A DNA stretch of 61,499 nt, counting the filler, from Piptocephalis cylindrospora (Eukaryota): the NCBI GenBank assembly GCA_003614145.1. It is 3 parts of 3 records of this genome, joined end to end, with 100 filler letters (N's around TTAATTAATTAA, not from the genome) between each part and the next. Parts side by side here need not be neighbours in the genome. Positions count along the whole stretch, not along the records: positions 1 to 20,581 come from KZ987815.1; positions 20,682 to 41,244 come from KZ987816.1; 1 more part is not named here. The stretch is one strand, 5' to 3'. The notes under the pieces are model-generated. The model saw only the letters and a program-made list of their open reading frames with translations. It did no database searches and was not told the DNA's origin. The translations under genes were made by a program, and so were the position numbers. Numbering within the stretch: the stretch's first letter is position 1; each line of letters opens with the position of its first letter. Of the stretch, positions 10,723 through 23,054 are shown in pieces.

Positions 10723-13700
10723 ATGAATCACCCCCCAGTATCTCGAGCAAGGGGGCCTGGCCTCTTCCGGGGATACTCCTTTTGGTTGGACCCTTCCCTA
10801 GATCTCGCTGAGAAGGAAAAGGTAGCCTTGATCAAGAGAGGCCTTAAACCGTGTCTCAACTCACATGCTCTCCTCCTTCATCCCTTCTTATAGCTATTAA
10901 TCCTGATTCATCAGCAGAATGGAGTGGAGCTTACCTCTCCACCAACATCTCATCGAATGCGTGGAGAATTAAGCAAAGACAAAAACATAACAAGCCCGAC
11001 GGATGGAAATGTTTTTGGCTTAAGCTACAATCGAACTTGGTGCTTCTGGCCGTTGGATCGACGCGCACCCGTCATCACGGTAGGAGCCTTTGTCTCCATA
11101 GAGTCCCATAACAAATACGATGCGCAAGCCCTGACTATACTTTCCCCACTTCCCTCCAACCCATATCCTCCATAGCCTGAGTGGATAACCATGTCCATTG
11201 AGCAAGGCAAATGCCTTAGGTATGTCGCTAATCAAATGGGGTTTTCCCATTAAAGTAAAAAACCCGCACTCATCAGATCATTCTCAAATAATACATTAGT
11301 CCAAAATACTACTCTGCGGACCCGGAAATGCTCTTTTCCGGCTGTGTCGTCTCGGTCTTGCAGGTGATTTATTTTGAATCTTGGCATTTCTATCACCTTG
11401 TACTGAATAGAACCATCCAATTCCCCTTCATAGCCCATAAAAACCCAGGATAAGGAACTCATCTACGCCGGGGTTCTGGCTCTTGGAGGTCAATGGAGGG
11501 AAACGCATCTCTCCAAGGATCTAACCCATATCGTTGCCCTTGCCTCAGAGGACATTGTAAGTGAGCTATTATACAGAGGGAGTTTTCCTAGAGGAGTTGC
11601 CTTTTACGATTGACTCCTTCTTAAACCCCTAATAGACAGAGGATGTGCGGAAAATCCATGGTATCCCAGGTGTAGAAGGTTCCACTCACTATGTTACCCC
11701 TCATTGGGTAGAGGATATGTTCAGGACTGGAAGAAGACTTAGTGAAACCATCTACTCTTTCCCTTATCCACCCATTCTCTCTCCACATGCCCAGATCCCT
11801 CATGTCCAGGAGGGTCTATGTGTCAAAAACCAGCCTAAGATCCTTAGGCCCCCCTCATCTCTCGGTCCCTCCAAGGCTGAGCTGGCCTCGTCATCTCGTT
11901 ATGTCAAGAGCCAACACCCGCTGTATAGAAAACAACTTCTCATGGAACCCTCCTTACTAGAGGCTATGGGCATGGGGACCCGTCGTACCCTACTGCACCT
12001 TCTGGTAGGATGTGAGGCCAAACTTTTGCCGGGCACCATAGGCCCGGATGGATCCGTGGAATCCATGACCATGGCCGATATTGTCATTTGCCAATACCGA
12101 TCAGGAGGCGTTTACGAAAGGGTATGTGAACATTGAGGAAATCCCATATAGAGCCGATTACTCATTCAAAATTATGCCACTTTAGGCGCTAAAAGAGGGC
12201 AGGATCATCGGTTCTCTCATCTGGCTTCGGTGTATCCTGGAACGGCGAGAGTGGATTTCTCCCTATTCTCAGCTCTTACTCTACCCTTTCCCCACTTCCA
12301 CAATTACCGGTATGAGCCATTGTGTAAGTAACCATATATAACTTTTGGGAAGAGAAAGATAATTTCACTAGAAGACTGATCCTAACAAGCAACACCCCTT
12401 TCCTTCAGAAAATATCCATTACCAACTATGATGAGACCTCCAAGGAATACCTCATTCATCTGATCCAAATGGCTGGGGCTACATACACTGCTACCCTTAC
12501 CGCTGGAAATTCCCATCTAGTGTGCGGAGCTACCCGAGGTCCAAAGTACGAAGCGGCTAGTACCTGGGGAAAGGTCGGGGGGATGGTCATTGTCAACCAT
12601 TTGTGGCTGGAGGAGTGCTGTCAGTTATGGGCTCTCCAATCCGTCACTCGGCCGCGATATCAATGGTTTCCTCGGGTAGGAGGGGTTCTCCCTGGCCTGG
12701 TGGGCACCACCCCTGGATCCCCCCGAGTAATTCGGGATTCTATTTTAGAGGAGGACGAGAAGGATGCCCAAGGAGGTAGGATTGTCTCTGTTGTCCTTGA
12801 TGAGGTAGATGATATTGGGGAAGTAGAAGGAGATAACATAGGGATTGAGCAGGAGAAAGAGCAGGAGGAAGAAATGGCCAAAGAAAATAGGATGGAGGAG
12901 GCAAAAGAAGAAGGAAAGAGGGAGAAAGTGGAAAAGAAAGAGAACAAGGCCAAGATAAGCGTGAGTAATGCTCAACTTGCGACCGATTGGGAACCTAAAA
13001 GGAGGACAGCGGCCAAGGAGGCAAGCAAGGCCTTAGCTGGGCTTATGCAAGTGGCTAATGAGTATGAGGCCCAAAGGAAGAAGGAAGTAGCTTCTAGTAA
13101 GAAAAGGTCTCATAGGGAGAGTAAAGTCATAGCAAACGGCCAGGAAGCGGATGAGGATGAGGACGTCGCATCTGTGGAAGAGGAGGAATCAAGTATGCAT
13201 ACTTCAAAAGAAGGGAAAAGACGGAAAGGACTCGTCAATGACGCCAACCCCTCCCCCTCCAGAGTTTCCTTGGTACCTCCACCTATCAGGGTCCTCTTTA
13301 CGGGGATTAAGGTAACAGACAAGGAGGTGCAAGGTATTAAGGCCCTTGGCGGAAAAATGGCGGGAACAGCCAGAGATTGCACTCACCTCATTGCCGAAGC
13401 AGCAGCGAGGACGGAAAAATTCCTAGTTGGAGTCTCGGTCGCGCAATGGATTGTGACGAGGGCTTGGTTACAGGATAGTATCAATGAGGGAAGATGGCTC
13501 AAGGAAGCCCCGTACATCCTACGGGATCAGCAGGCCGAGCGAGCATATGATTTCTCCCTAGCGGAATCATTGGAACGGGCCAAGAAGAGAAAGTTGTTTG
13601 CCTCCAAGGTTATCTTTGTCACAGGCAAAACCCACCCTCCCCCCTCAACTCTAAAGCCCTTGATTGAAGCATCGGGCGGTAAGGTAAGTGGAGCAATTGA

Positions 13701-13969
13701 TGAAGACGGCAAAAATAACAACCATATGGCGTGAATTTCATACTCCTCCTCTCTCTATACAGTTGGTCACACAGGTCTCCGGGAGAAGGGTGGAGGATGT
13801 GGGAGATCGGCTTATGGTCGTATCGTGCCTCCCGGATCGATCCCAATGGGCGCCCTTCCTTGAGAGGACCCCATCCCTGCCCATCTATTCAGTAGAGCTT
13901 GTCCTGACGGGGCTCCTCAGGCAAAGCCTAGATGGGGTCAAGGAGGAGTTTCGTCTAGATTTGGAATAG
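10723..13969 (+). CDS. Multi-BRCT DNA-damage scaffold (Rtt107/Brc1/PTIP-like), multi-exon
   Basis: Inferred first exon MNHPPVSRARGPGLFRGYSFWLDPSL. Further motifs YYSADPEMLFSGCVV, GGQWRETHLSKDLTHIVA, VTPHWVEDMF, SITNYDETSKEYLIHLIQMAGATYTATLTAGNSHLVC and VNHLWLEEC. An acidic/basic linker precedes a C-terminal tandem BRCT (VLFTG..CTHLIA..RTEKFL..WLQDS). The start position is less certain. Confidence 0.85.
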
Positions 13970-14186
13970 GAAAGAGAGGTGGCGTGTACGATCTTGAGAC
14001 TTAGGTGGCACATGGGGCAACGTCATATGCGGGCCTATTGAGTAATTATTGGCCCAGCGTCAATAATAAATCTTCAAAATGGCCATATGCCCACCTTCTC
14101 TCCATCCCAGAATATATGGATAATCACGTGTATAGGAACAGAGGAGGGAGCTCTCCCCTCTTTTCATTCATCTTCCTCCAGCTGTC

Positions 14187-15467
14187 TTATTTCTCCACAT
14201 CCATCTCATCCAGGGTATATTGACTCTTTTTCTTACTGCAGGAACTTAGGATGCGAATAGGAATAAGGAGAAAGGCCCCGGCCAAAGTCATGGATCCTGC
14301 AAACATCTGAGCAGGGAAATAGGATAGGTTGGGTGAGGTAGAGTCGAGGAGGGCACCAAATATAGCGGGGCCCACAAGATCTCCAGGAAGCTGGCCTCCC
14401 AGGACCAGACCAATAGCTGAGGGAATATCCTCTTCGGGAACTTGTGCAGCGGCCATAAGGGGAAGGAGAGTGACAAAGGCGCTTTGCAAGACGCCGTGAA
14501 GGATACAAAAGACGATGAGAAGCAGAGGCAAAGGAGGCAGGTGGGCAAAGGGCCAGATGCACAAGGAGACAACTCCTGCCAAAGAGGAGGAAATAAGCAT
14601 GGTTGCGGAGACCGAAGCCTTGGGTCGATCAGCGATCCATCCGAGGAGGACGCGGCCAATGCCGTTGGCTAAGATATAGGCCATGGTGATAAGGGTTCCC
14701 TGAGAGGGGGTAAGACCGATGAAGACGGCATAGGCAGGGAGAAAGAAGAAAGGGATCATGTAGGCTGTGGTGTAAATGAGGGACATGAGAAAGAGAAGGG
14801 CAATGGTAGGTTTACGGAAGAGCCGCCAATCGAGAAGGGATGACCAGAGGGAGGAGGGATGGGGGGATGGGCCGACTCGCTCCCGGATGAGGAACCAAGA
14901 GAGGGAGAGGAGGATCAAAGCGGCGGCCGAGGTGATACGCAAAGACCAAGCAGTCCCCAGCTGATCAATCATGATACGAGTGATGATCATATACAAAATG
15001 CTCCCTAAACTTGAACCGGCTAGAGAAAGGCCAGATGCGATACCCTGTCGTTTTTTAAACCATTGAGCGGGCAGATGAGAGGTGGAAAAGAATATCAGAG
15101 TGGCGCCCAAACCCAAAAGGACACCTTGAGTCAGATACAGGTGCCATAGCTCTGAGGCAAAGGAGGTCACTAGGGGAGCAAGTGTAGTGAGGATGGAGCC
15201 GAGGAGAAGGGGCCATCGGCAACCAATGCGTCGGACAGTTGGACCGACAATTAAGCCTCCGCCAAAGGTGATGGACATGGTGATGGATCCGATAAGTGAC
15301 AGAGAAAAGTAGGATTGAGACTGATAGGGTCCGGCCAGATAGGCTTGCTGGTACAGGCCCCAAGAATAAGTGAGTCCAAAGAGGGTAAAATTAGAAAGGG
15401 CCACACCAGCCATGACCCACCAGCCCCGAGGGTGATCCTCGGATAGAGGGGATTCAATGGAGGGCAT
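14187..15467 (-). CDS. MFS transporter, monocarboxylate porter (MCT/Mch-like) family, intronless
   Basis: From MPSIESPLSEDHPRGWWVM: about 12 hydrophobic segments, YSWGLYQ, WHLYLTQGVLLGLG, QWFKKRQGIASGLSLAGSSLG, GRVLLGWIADR. Confidence 0.92.
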   Translation of the reverse strand: MPSIESPLSEDHPRGWWVMAGVALSNFTLFGLTYSWGLYQQAYLAGPYQSQSYFSLSLIGSITMSITFGGGLIVGPTVRRIGCRWPLLLGSILTTLAPLVTSFASELWHLYLTQGVLLGLGATLIFFSTSHLPAQWFKKRQGIASGLSLAGSSLGSILYMIITRIMIDQLGTAWSLRITSAAALILLSLSWFLIRERVGPSPHPSSLWSSLLDWRLFRKPTIALLFLMSLIYTTAYMIPFFFLPAYAVFIGLTPSQGTLITMAYILANGIGRVLLGWIADRPKASVSATMLISSSLAGVVSLCIWPFAHLPPLPLLLIVFCILHGVLQSAFVTLLPLMAAAQVPEEDIPSAIGLVLGGQLPGDLVGPAIFGALLDSTSPNLSYFPAQMFAGSMTLAGAFLLIPIRILSSCSKKKSQYTLDEMDVEK

Positions 15468-16230
15468 ACTTGGCAACGAGTATAGAATAGAGTGAATGGA
15501 GGAGGGTGAATAAATGTTAGGACGATATAGATAAGGAACGGAGATAAGTAACAAAAGAGGATGGAGTAAATGATAAATGGTGACAAGGAACAGAAGAAGG
15601 TACGCCCATCCTTTATAAAAGATATCATCAGCTAGAATAATGTCGTTTGCATCTCTACACATCGATGAATCGAGAAGAGCAGTGCCAAGGTGATGAGATA
15701 CAGATTCCAGGGACTAGAGCCGTCCGCTCAATCATGTTGTGCAAGGGATAGGGGAATGGCGCCGGCGAAGATGCATCAAGGGATACACTTATCCTTGTAC
15801 TAGTTATTTCCCCTCACTCCTCGCTATGACGCCTTGGCATTATTCAGCGTGGAGGAAATAGGGAAAGATAAAGGTATGTAGCATTGATAGATCTAGGACG
15901 TTGTTGCCCTGGACATTATCCTTAGGCCACTGGTACTTTGCACAAAGGATAACGATAGTCTTTAGGACGCACGATAAATGAAACGAACTTTCATACGGCT
16001 GAGATGCGGCGGAGTTTGCACGAAATCCCTCGTGGTGCAACAGCAACCAGGACCAATAGTGCATAATCATAAATGATAACTCCACACTACAATCGCCAGT
16101 AGTGAAGTCTCGGCTCTCGCTCCTCTCCCACGAGACAACACCAGGGAGGATATGTCATGGACATCGTATATTCCAAATGAATGCATCACAAACCCACACA
16201 CACACACATACTGAGAGAGAGGAGGGACAA

Positions 16231-17712
16231 CTACAGCTTGGCGAAGGGCTTCTTCTCCATACTGAACTTGATACCGAGGATGATCAAGGCGCCAACAATG
16301 GTGGCAGCGCCACAGAACATCTGACCAGGGACATAGGAGGTATTAGGGGCAGTTTGATCGAGAAGGGCGCCAAGGATGGCGGGGCCAAACAGGTTACCAA
16401 AAGCCTGGGAGAAGAAGAGGATCCCCATGGCATTAGACAGATCCTTGACAGGAATAAAGAGCTTGGCCACAACGGGAAAGAGGGAGATGAAACCTCCACC
16501 GGTGAAGCCGTAGAAGAGGACAAAGACGATGAGGACTCCGAGGGATTTAGCAAAGGGCCAGATGACCATACAGGAGAGACCAGCGACAAAAGTGCAGAGG
16601 AAGAGGGTGTTGAGTCGCCCAACCCTGTCGGCGGCCCAGCCAGTGACGATACGTCCAATAGCATTGACGGCGGACATGACGCTAGTGAGGGTAGCGCCCG
16701 TGGAGGCGTCCAGCCCAATGAAGGTGGAGTAGGAGGGGAGGAAGAAGAAAGGAGCCATGTATCCAAAGGTGGTGATGAGACCCATGATGGCCAGAGTAGA
16801 GAAACGGGAGTTGCGGAGGAGACTCAGATCCAGGATATTTCGAATCCGGTCGGACCAGCGCAACTTGAGGGGCCCTTCTCCTCTTGGCGCCTTGGAGGCA
16901 GGAATAATACGAATACGTTCCTTGGCAGTGGCAGCGGCGGTAAAGATCATGGCCAGGGAGATAAAAGAGACAACACGAAGGGCCCATCGGTAGCCAATGC
17001 TCGATATCATGGCGTGAACGATTTGGTCCATGACGAGGCCCCCGATCCCGGAGCCGGCAAGGGCAATACCGGTGGCCAGCCCGATACGCTTCTCAAACCA
17101 CTGAGTGGGGAGATGGATGGTGGAAAAGAAGGAGAGAGAAGCACCCATACCAAAGAGAAGCCCATGGGTTAGATAAAGTTGCCAGGGCGCATTGGCGTAG
17201 GAGGCGAGGAAGAGGCCGAGGAAAATGAGGATGCCACCGACGGTGATGGGTATCCTAATTCCGGTGCGCTTTACCATGAGGCCGATGAAGGGGCCCAGGA
17301 GAAAGAGGGTGGCCATGCCGAGGGACCCAACAAATGAGAGGGAAAAGGAAGTGACCTGGTCGGCGTAAGTGTCATCCAGGTACTGCTGCTGAAAGAGACC
17401 CCAGGAATAATTGTAACCAAAAACAATGAAATTACTGCAAAATGTGGCAATGAGGGAAAACCAACCCCGGGGGTGATCCGGTGGATACAGCTCGATGACT
17501 TGATCCTGCAGGGTGGAAGATGGGCCCTCTTCCCCTGAGGGAAATTCCCCATCCTCCAAGGTCTTTTCATCCGTATGACCGGTGGAATGCTTTGGAATGG
17601 TGGTGGGTATGTGCTTGGTAGAAGCTGTATCAAAGGTGGCAGGGGTAGTGGTTAGATCGATCACTTCTTCAGTCCCCATCGGCGAGGTGGGTAAAGTAGA
17701 GGAATGAGACAT
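16231..17712 (-). CDS. MFS transporter, monocarboxylate porter (MCT/Mch-like) family, intronless tandem paralog
   Basis: From MSHSSTLPTS: PPDHPRGWFS, YSWGLFQ, WQLYLTHGLLFGMG, QWFEKRIGLATGIALAGSGIGG, GRIVTGWAADRVGRLN. Confidence 0.92.
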   Translation of the reverse strand: MSHSSTLPTSPMGTEEVIDLTTTPATFDTASTKHIPTTIPKHSTGHTDEKTLEDGEFPSGEEGPSSTLQDQVIELYPPDHPRGWFSLIATFCSNFIVFGYNYSWGLFQQQYLDDTYADQVTSFSLSFVGSLGMATLFLLGPFIGLMVKRTGIRIPITVGGILIFLGLFLASYANAPWQLYLTHGLLFGMGASLSFFSTIHLPTQWFEKRIGLATGIALAGSGIGGLVMDQIVHAMISSIGYRWALRVVSFISLAMIFTAAATAKERIRIIPASKAPRGEGPLKLRWSDRIRNILDLSLLRNSRFSTLAIMGLITTFGYMAPFFFLPSYSTFIGLDASTGATLTSVMSAVNAIGRIVTGWAADRVGRLNTLFLCTFVAGLSCMVIWPFAKSLGVLIVFVLFYGFTGGGFISLFPVVAKLFIPVKDLSNAMGILFFSQAFGNLFGPAILGALLDQTAPNTSYVPGQMFCGAATIVGALIILGIKFSMEKKPFAKL

Positions 17713-19640
17713 GCCGTATGAATATAATGGAAGGGGGGGGGAATGGATCAAGATAAATCTAGGAGGGGAGGGGGAATGGACTGGATGGCAAGAGCGGTAA
17801 TTATTATTTATGAGAAATGCCGTCTGGTTAGGGTGGAAAAGAAGAAAGAAAGAGAGAAAGGAAGGAGAGCCAAAAATACTGAGCAACTTCCAAGATACAA
17901 AAGGAAATCTGAAGAAAGAGAACAGGAACCAATTCTCAGTTCGGAACGACTGATGTGACGATAAAGGCCTCCTTTTTATGTCTTCTTTTTCCTTTAGCCC
18001 AGTCTCCCTTCCTTGCGAACAGCACACCCCCGTGTAATGTCCCGCTGCTTCCCATGTTGTCAACCCTGAAAGAAGGGCAAATGCGGGGTAGGACACAGCC
18101 TGTCATCATGGGACAATACCCGTTGACCTTCCCCTTCTCTGTGAACATATCAGGGCTCATCCCATGTGTCTCGTTTATAGGGAGAACGGGTGGTAATATC
18201 TGTGGGTGATGAATGTCCAAAGTTTGGAGGCTAGAAGCCAATGAAACGGGGCAATGGGAGGTGCATGACACGCCACCCTAGGTAAAAAGGAGATGAACTG
18301 GTGATGGAATGGGGTGGAGCGGAGCAGGAAAGAGAGTGTTGACAGACAAGCAAGCATCAAGGGGGGGGAGTGCAGGGAAGGAGGGGATGGAGCAACCTTG
18401 CCTCCCACAGAGGATGTGACCTTGCCTCCAACATACACACACATACCGAGGTGATGAGATGAGCTGTAGTTTATCAGATCCTGTGATTGACCTGTGGACG
18501 GTGTGTCAGCATGAGATGATTCAAACACTGGTACTCACAGACCATACCCAAGATATGCTATGCGCGGAGCATTAGTGAGTCCGAACTATTGAGAAACATA
18601 CTTTATTATTCTCATCGGCGGAATGTCGGGTTTTCAAAGGAACGGCAGCCCAAACTATATGAATTGGAACATTTGAGCTAAGCTTTAAGTGCACCCTGTC
18701 GTGTAGATGAAGCCACATACTGAAATGGTCAGTGTAAAGTGCTTTATTTGAAAATACAATTACTGGCACGCAATGCATACTATTAGAGAGTTGTGTACGC
18801 TGCGAAGCCAGTGCCGTTTTGTATAGCACTTACTGAATGTGAACGAATGATTGGGATTTAAAGATCGTCGCAACAAGGAAGAATACCGCATTGGGATCAA
18901 CCCACTCATCTTAATTGTACTTCTCTATCTCTTTAACAATAGCCAAGGTAATTCCCTCTCACCCTTTACTGATTTATCTAATCATAAAAGTGCTTTGAAT
19001 ATCACCAGCTATATATATGGATGTTGGGGAAGGAGGGAATGACCAACTCAGCCTTGAAAGAGTACGCCGATATATGCATGAAAATTATAGTGCGATGTCA
19101 AAATGGCAGAACTTTTTTGTAACTTTGGCATCGATTTAGCCAAGAACCCACGTCGCAGGCACAAGCTCTTTATATAACCCATACCCCATACAATGGACTA
19201 GGAACAGCACGCAGAGAAAAGATCCCTTCGAGAAGGAGATAGGAAAGAGGACGTTCTTGAACGGGTAGAGGGGAGAGTGAGGCCCGACTTTGAGCCCAGT
19301 ATATCTCGGCCTATCCTCGACGATGTCTATGCCATTAGGGAATTGCCTCAGCGATATTTTTTCTTGCAAAATTAGCTTATACTTTAAATTAGAGCCCATA
19401 CAGCGTGGGTGGAACTCACATGAGAGATCATTGAGGAGAGAGGAATGGAAAACAGGGGGGGGATATTTTGCCTATAAGGAGCTACTACCATCATCATCAC
19501 CATCGCCTTCAAATATCGCTGCCGCCGTGTGGGCTTCTTGTAAGATGGGCGCCAATAGAGCGTCAATTGCCTTAACGATATATTTATAGGTGCACTCTGA
19601 GTCCAAAATTATACTGGTTTATAAAGTAAATATTCATATA

Positions 19641-19713
19641 GCCCTCATAGCCTAATGGATATGGCGTCGCCCTCCTAAGGCGGAGGTTCTAGGTTCGAGT
19701 CCTAGTGGGGGCG
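19641..19713 (+). tRNA. tRNA-Arg (anticodon CCT), intronless
   Basis: Acceptor stem GCCCTCA/TGGGGGC; D-loop with TGG; anticodon arm TCGCC-CTCCTAA-GGCGG; T arm CTAGG-TTCGAGT-CCTAG. Confidence 0.95.
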
Positions 19714-19721
19714 AAAAAACG

Positions 19722-19728
19722 TTTTTTT
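19722..19728 (+). terminator. RNA Pol III oligo-T terminator of tRNA-Arg
   Basis: A T7 run begins 9 nt after the tRNA 3' end. Confidence 0.75.
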
Positions 19729-19870
19729 GCGTCATCATCAGCCCCAAGGGGGTCATTAAACACTAACACTACGCAACAAAAAAAATAGAACGGGTGAAGG
19801 ATGAGGAAAACCCTCCTGGGGAGATAAGCCATCCTTTTTGCTCCCCTCCCTCATAGACAACAGTCTCAAG

Positions 19871-20581
19871 ATGCTCGGATCCCGTTTGGTATCCCCCTCA
19901 GTTCATCTATCTCGATGGCCAAATACGTCACTCTCCGCGTTTTCCTCCTCCTCTAAGAGCTTGCTCAGAGTTTGTGCAGGGCAGCCCCGGCTCCATCGGC
20001 CACCGTCGTATTCCCGCGTCCTGGGATCCCTGTCAGCCTCAGTACACACCACTGCTCACGTGAGTGATGCCCAGATTGGACGAGGAGGAGATCCACACGG
20101 CTCATCTTTCTCTCTTGACCCCACTAGACTTTGCCCGCTCTAGCACACGGCGCTTCCTCTGGGGGGACTTGGAGACCCGCGTCGTCGGGAGCCAGGTCTT
20201 GGATTCGGAAATTTACCTCGAAATCCTCTCAATTCACTGACCTTCCCTCCCCTCCCGAGGACGAGAAGAATCCTGCCCTCGCCTCCAAGAGCAAGGCTGG
20301 GTTAAAGAAGGGTCTCGATTGGAACAATGCTCGAAGACTCATTGCTCTTGCCAAGCCAGAATCTAGAGAGTTGACGTGTAAGTTTGCTTGGGAAATGTGT
20401 ATTTTTCAGGACTCCTTAGTACACATCTCATTTTTCCCCTCGTTTTTGCAATGGCCAGTGGCGACGGTTCTTCTCTGTATTTCCTCCGCCATCACTATGG
20501 TATGTGTGTAGCCTTCCTCTTCTTAGCTCCCTCCTACCATCATCCTCAGGGACAGGGGTCCCCCCAGGGCCAAGTGCCTTT
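19871..20581 (+). CDS. Mitochondrial half-ABC transporter (MDL1/ABCB10-like), 5' fragment truncated at contig end
   Basis: Ser/Arg-rich presequence MLGSRLVSPSVHLSRW; after splicing, NARRLIALAKPESRELT/VATVLLCISSAITM, which matches the start of the ABCB10/Mdl1 TM domain. A GTATGT donor at 20500 is followed by the gap. Confidence 0.75.
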
Positions 20582-20681
20582 NNNNNNNNNNNNNNNNNNN
20601 NNNNNNNNNNNNNNNNNNNNNNNNNTTAATTAATTAANNNNNNNNNNNNNNNNNNNNNNNNNNNNNNNNNNNNNNNNNNNN
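20582..20681. other. Artificial contig-joining spacer (N44-TTAATTAATTAA-N44)
   Basis: Exactly 100 nt with a 12-mer giving stops in all six frames; an identical spacer occurs at 41245-41344. Confidence 0.97.
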
Positions 20682-21781
20682 AGGAAGGACAAGGCGAATT
20701 TGAAGAGGATGAAGGGGAAAGGGAGGAGAGAGGCCAAGAGGAGGCTGAGACGAGTGTCGGAGAGGGACGTTGGAGGATTGCGAGTGAGAGAGGAGGGAAA
20801 GAGTGGGGGAGGCAGGGAGGAGGGAGAGAGAGGGAGGGAGGAGAAATGTAAGCAGAAAACCGGACGTGGATGGACCATAAGTGAGTGTGTGGGCCAGCAA
20901 TGTGCTCAGTATGCCCCTTACTCTGGTCCTCTCTTGCCATTGGCGGATAGGGTGGAGCCTCAGATTTTCATGAGAAATTGGTGAAAAATTCAAATGGGTT
21001 TTGAGCGATGCTTACCTGAGAGACATGACATGACGGGTAGTCACCCCATAGATCCAGTACCCTCCACATTAGGGGGAAGCGGCGTATCCTATCGAGATGA
21101 AGGGACGAGACCCATGAAAGGGACAGTATGGTTCATTTGAATCGATTTCCTTCCATTGGCTGATTAGTAATGGGCAAGGTCATGCGATATTACTTGTAGT
21201 GTAACATGCATATTTTTTTCGTTGAATTCCTTAATCATCTTACATTACGACTATAGAAGGAGTGACCGATATAGATTGGGTAAAGGGATAGAATGAATTC
21301 ATCTCGCTTTCGGGGTCGTCTACGCTCATTTAAACACTTGACTAGAGACATGATAATCTCTTTTGCTTGAAGGATACTCTAATGGACAGACACTTTTACA
21401 TCGAAATCACATCTCTTTTTAGACCGATGGAAACAAGAAGGTGAGCCGTAACAACATTGAGGAAAGATGAAGATGGGTTAAGGATCTCCGCTTTAGGATC
21501 TTCCCCCACAAATGGCGCACCCACTCACCCACACTCACTCACCCACCCACACACATATGCCTGGGATCTTTTTTTCTTGGTGACCGGCTTCATCCTATCG
21601 ACCAGTGTGGATCTCGTGTGGGGGAAGCCCCAGATCAAGGGAAAAATAATAAAAAGGGTCGACACCAAGGGAGCCTTGGATTCGTTCTATTCCTTCTACT
21701 CTCCCCCCCCCTCTATCTTCTTCTTCCCTCCCAGGACTACTCTTACCCACTCTTTCTATTACTCTAGCACTTACGGACACG

Positions 21782-23054
21782 ATGGTTCAATTTGGGGAAA
21801 ATACCAAGGAATTTGTCGCGGGTACCATGGGAGGATGGGCCCAGGTGATTGTGGGACATCCCTTTGACACGCTCAAGGTACAAGTGGGGACGGGATGGAA
21901 GCAAGTGGGACTCTACGTGACTTTGCCACTCATGCCCCTCTGATTCCTGATGTAGGTCATGATGCAAACTCAAGGGCCTTCAGGCAAGTTCAATGGAAGT
22001 ATGGACTGCCTTCGACACATGGTCAAAACCGATGGGCCCCAGGCCCTATATCGTGGGATGAACTCACCCTTGATGGGCATTGGTATCTGGTAGGCCGAAG
22101 AGGAGAAGAGGGTGTGATATGGAAGTAGAAACGCTCATCACGTCACTCTACGTGACCTTGCAGTAACTCGGTCCTATTCACGGCCAACGGATACTTTCGT
22201 CGTATGTTGACGCCTCCTGACTCTACGGAACCCTTGTCCCTTGGTACGTCATTGAGCCGGGGGGTGGGATGAGGACTTGCTGACACTTCTGGTGCATTCG
22301 GGATAGGTCACATGATGATAGCCGGTGGATTATCGGGATCCGTGATGGCGTTTGTCAATTGTCCTGTTGAACTTCTCAAGGTCAAGCTCCAGGTCCAAGG
22401 AAACTCCACTGGAGCAGCAGCGACTGCCGTAAGTGGTGTCCTCATGCCGTTGTTATGGCCTTGACTAGGATCTAACCAGTGTCACCTCGACAATTCTAGT
22501 ACCGAGGCGTCTTGGACTGTGGGGCAAAGACGTATGCAGCCTATGGATTCAAGGGCTTGTATCGGGGAATTGCCATTACACTTATTCGGGATACCCCATC
22601 ATTTGCCGCTTATTTTGGTAGGTGAAATGGCCTTGATTTGATCCTTGTTTACTCCAATGATCCTCATCTCTCCTCATGCTGGTTAGGTGCCTACGAGGGC
22701 CTCAAGATGATGATGGCGGCGAGGAAGAAGGGGGATGACCTGGGGGCATTGGAGCTCTTGACAGCAGGCGGCTTTGCCGGGATTGCGGCGTGGTTGGTGT
22801 GTTTCCCGCAGGATGTGATTAAATCGAGGATGCAGAGTGATTCATCGTACCGAACAACCCTGGAATGCGTGCGGTCTTTGGTGCGACAGAATGGAAGTAA
22901 CGTTCGGTCGTACTTCAAAGGCTTTGGCCCGACCATGGCCAGGGCCTTCCCTGGAAACGCAGCGACCTTCTTGGCATATGAATGGACGCGTCAAGCTATG
23001 TCTGGACCCGACTCCGTGACCGAGCCGCCTCTCGGTACTGTGACCCTTGCTTAA
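21782..23054 (+). CDS. Mitochondrial carrier (SLC25; carnitine/acylcarnitine- or Ymc-like amino-acid carrier), 6 exons
   Basis: Three PX[DE]XX[KR] repeats: GHPFDTLKV, NCPVELLKV, CFPQDVIKS. Also GLYRG, IRDTPSFAAYFG and FKGFGPTMARAFPGNAATFLAYE. Confidence 0.92.

Noticed and set aside
16231..16245. C-terminal AKL (PTS1-like) on the MFS transporter
   Set aside because: PTS1 import applies to matrix proteins, not polytopic membrane proteins; similar basic-hydrophobic ends are common in this family.
16102..17172. 356-aa plus-strand ORF
   Set aside because: Antisense shadow of the MFS transporter.
20626..20637. TTAATTAATTAA palindrome, repeated at 41289-41300
   Set aside because: Synthetic six-frame-stop linker inside N padding; not a biological repeat or piggyBac TTAA site.
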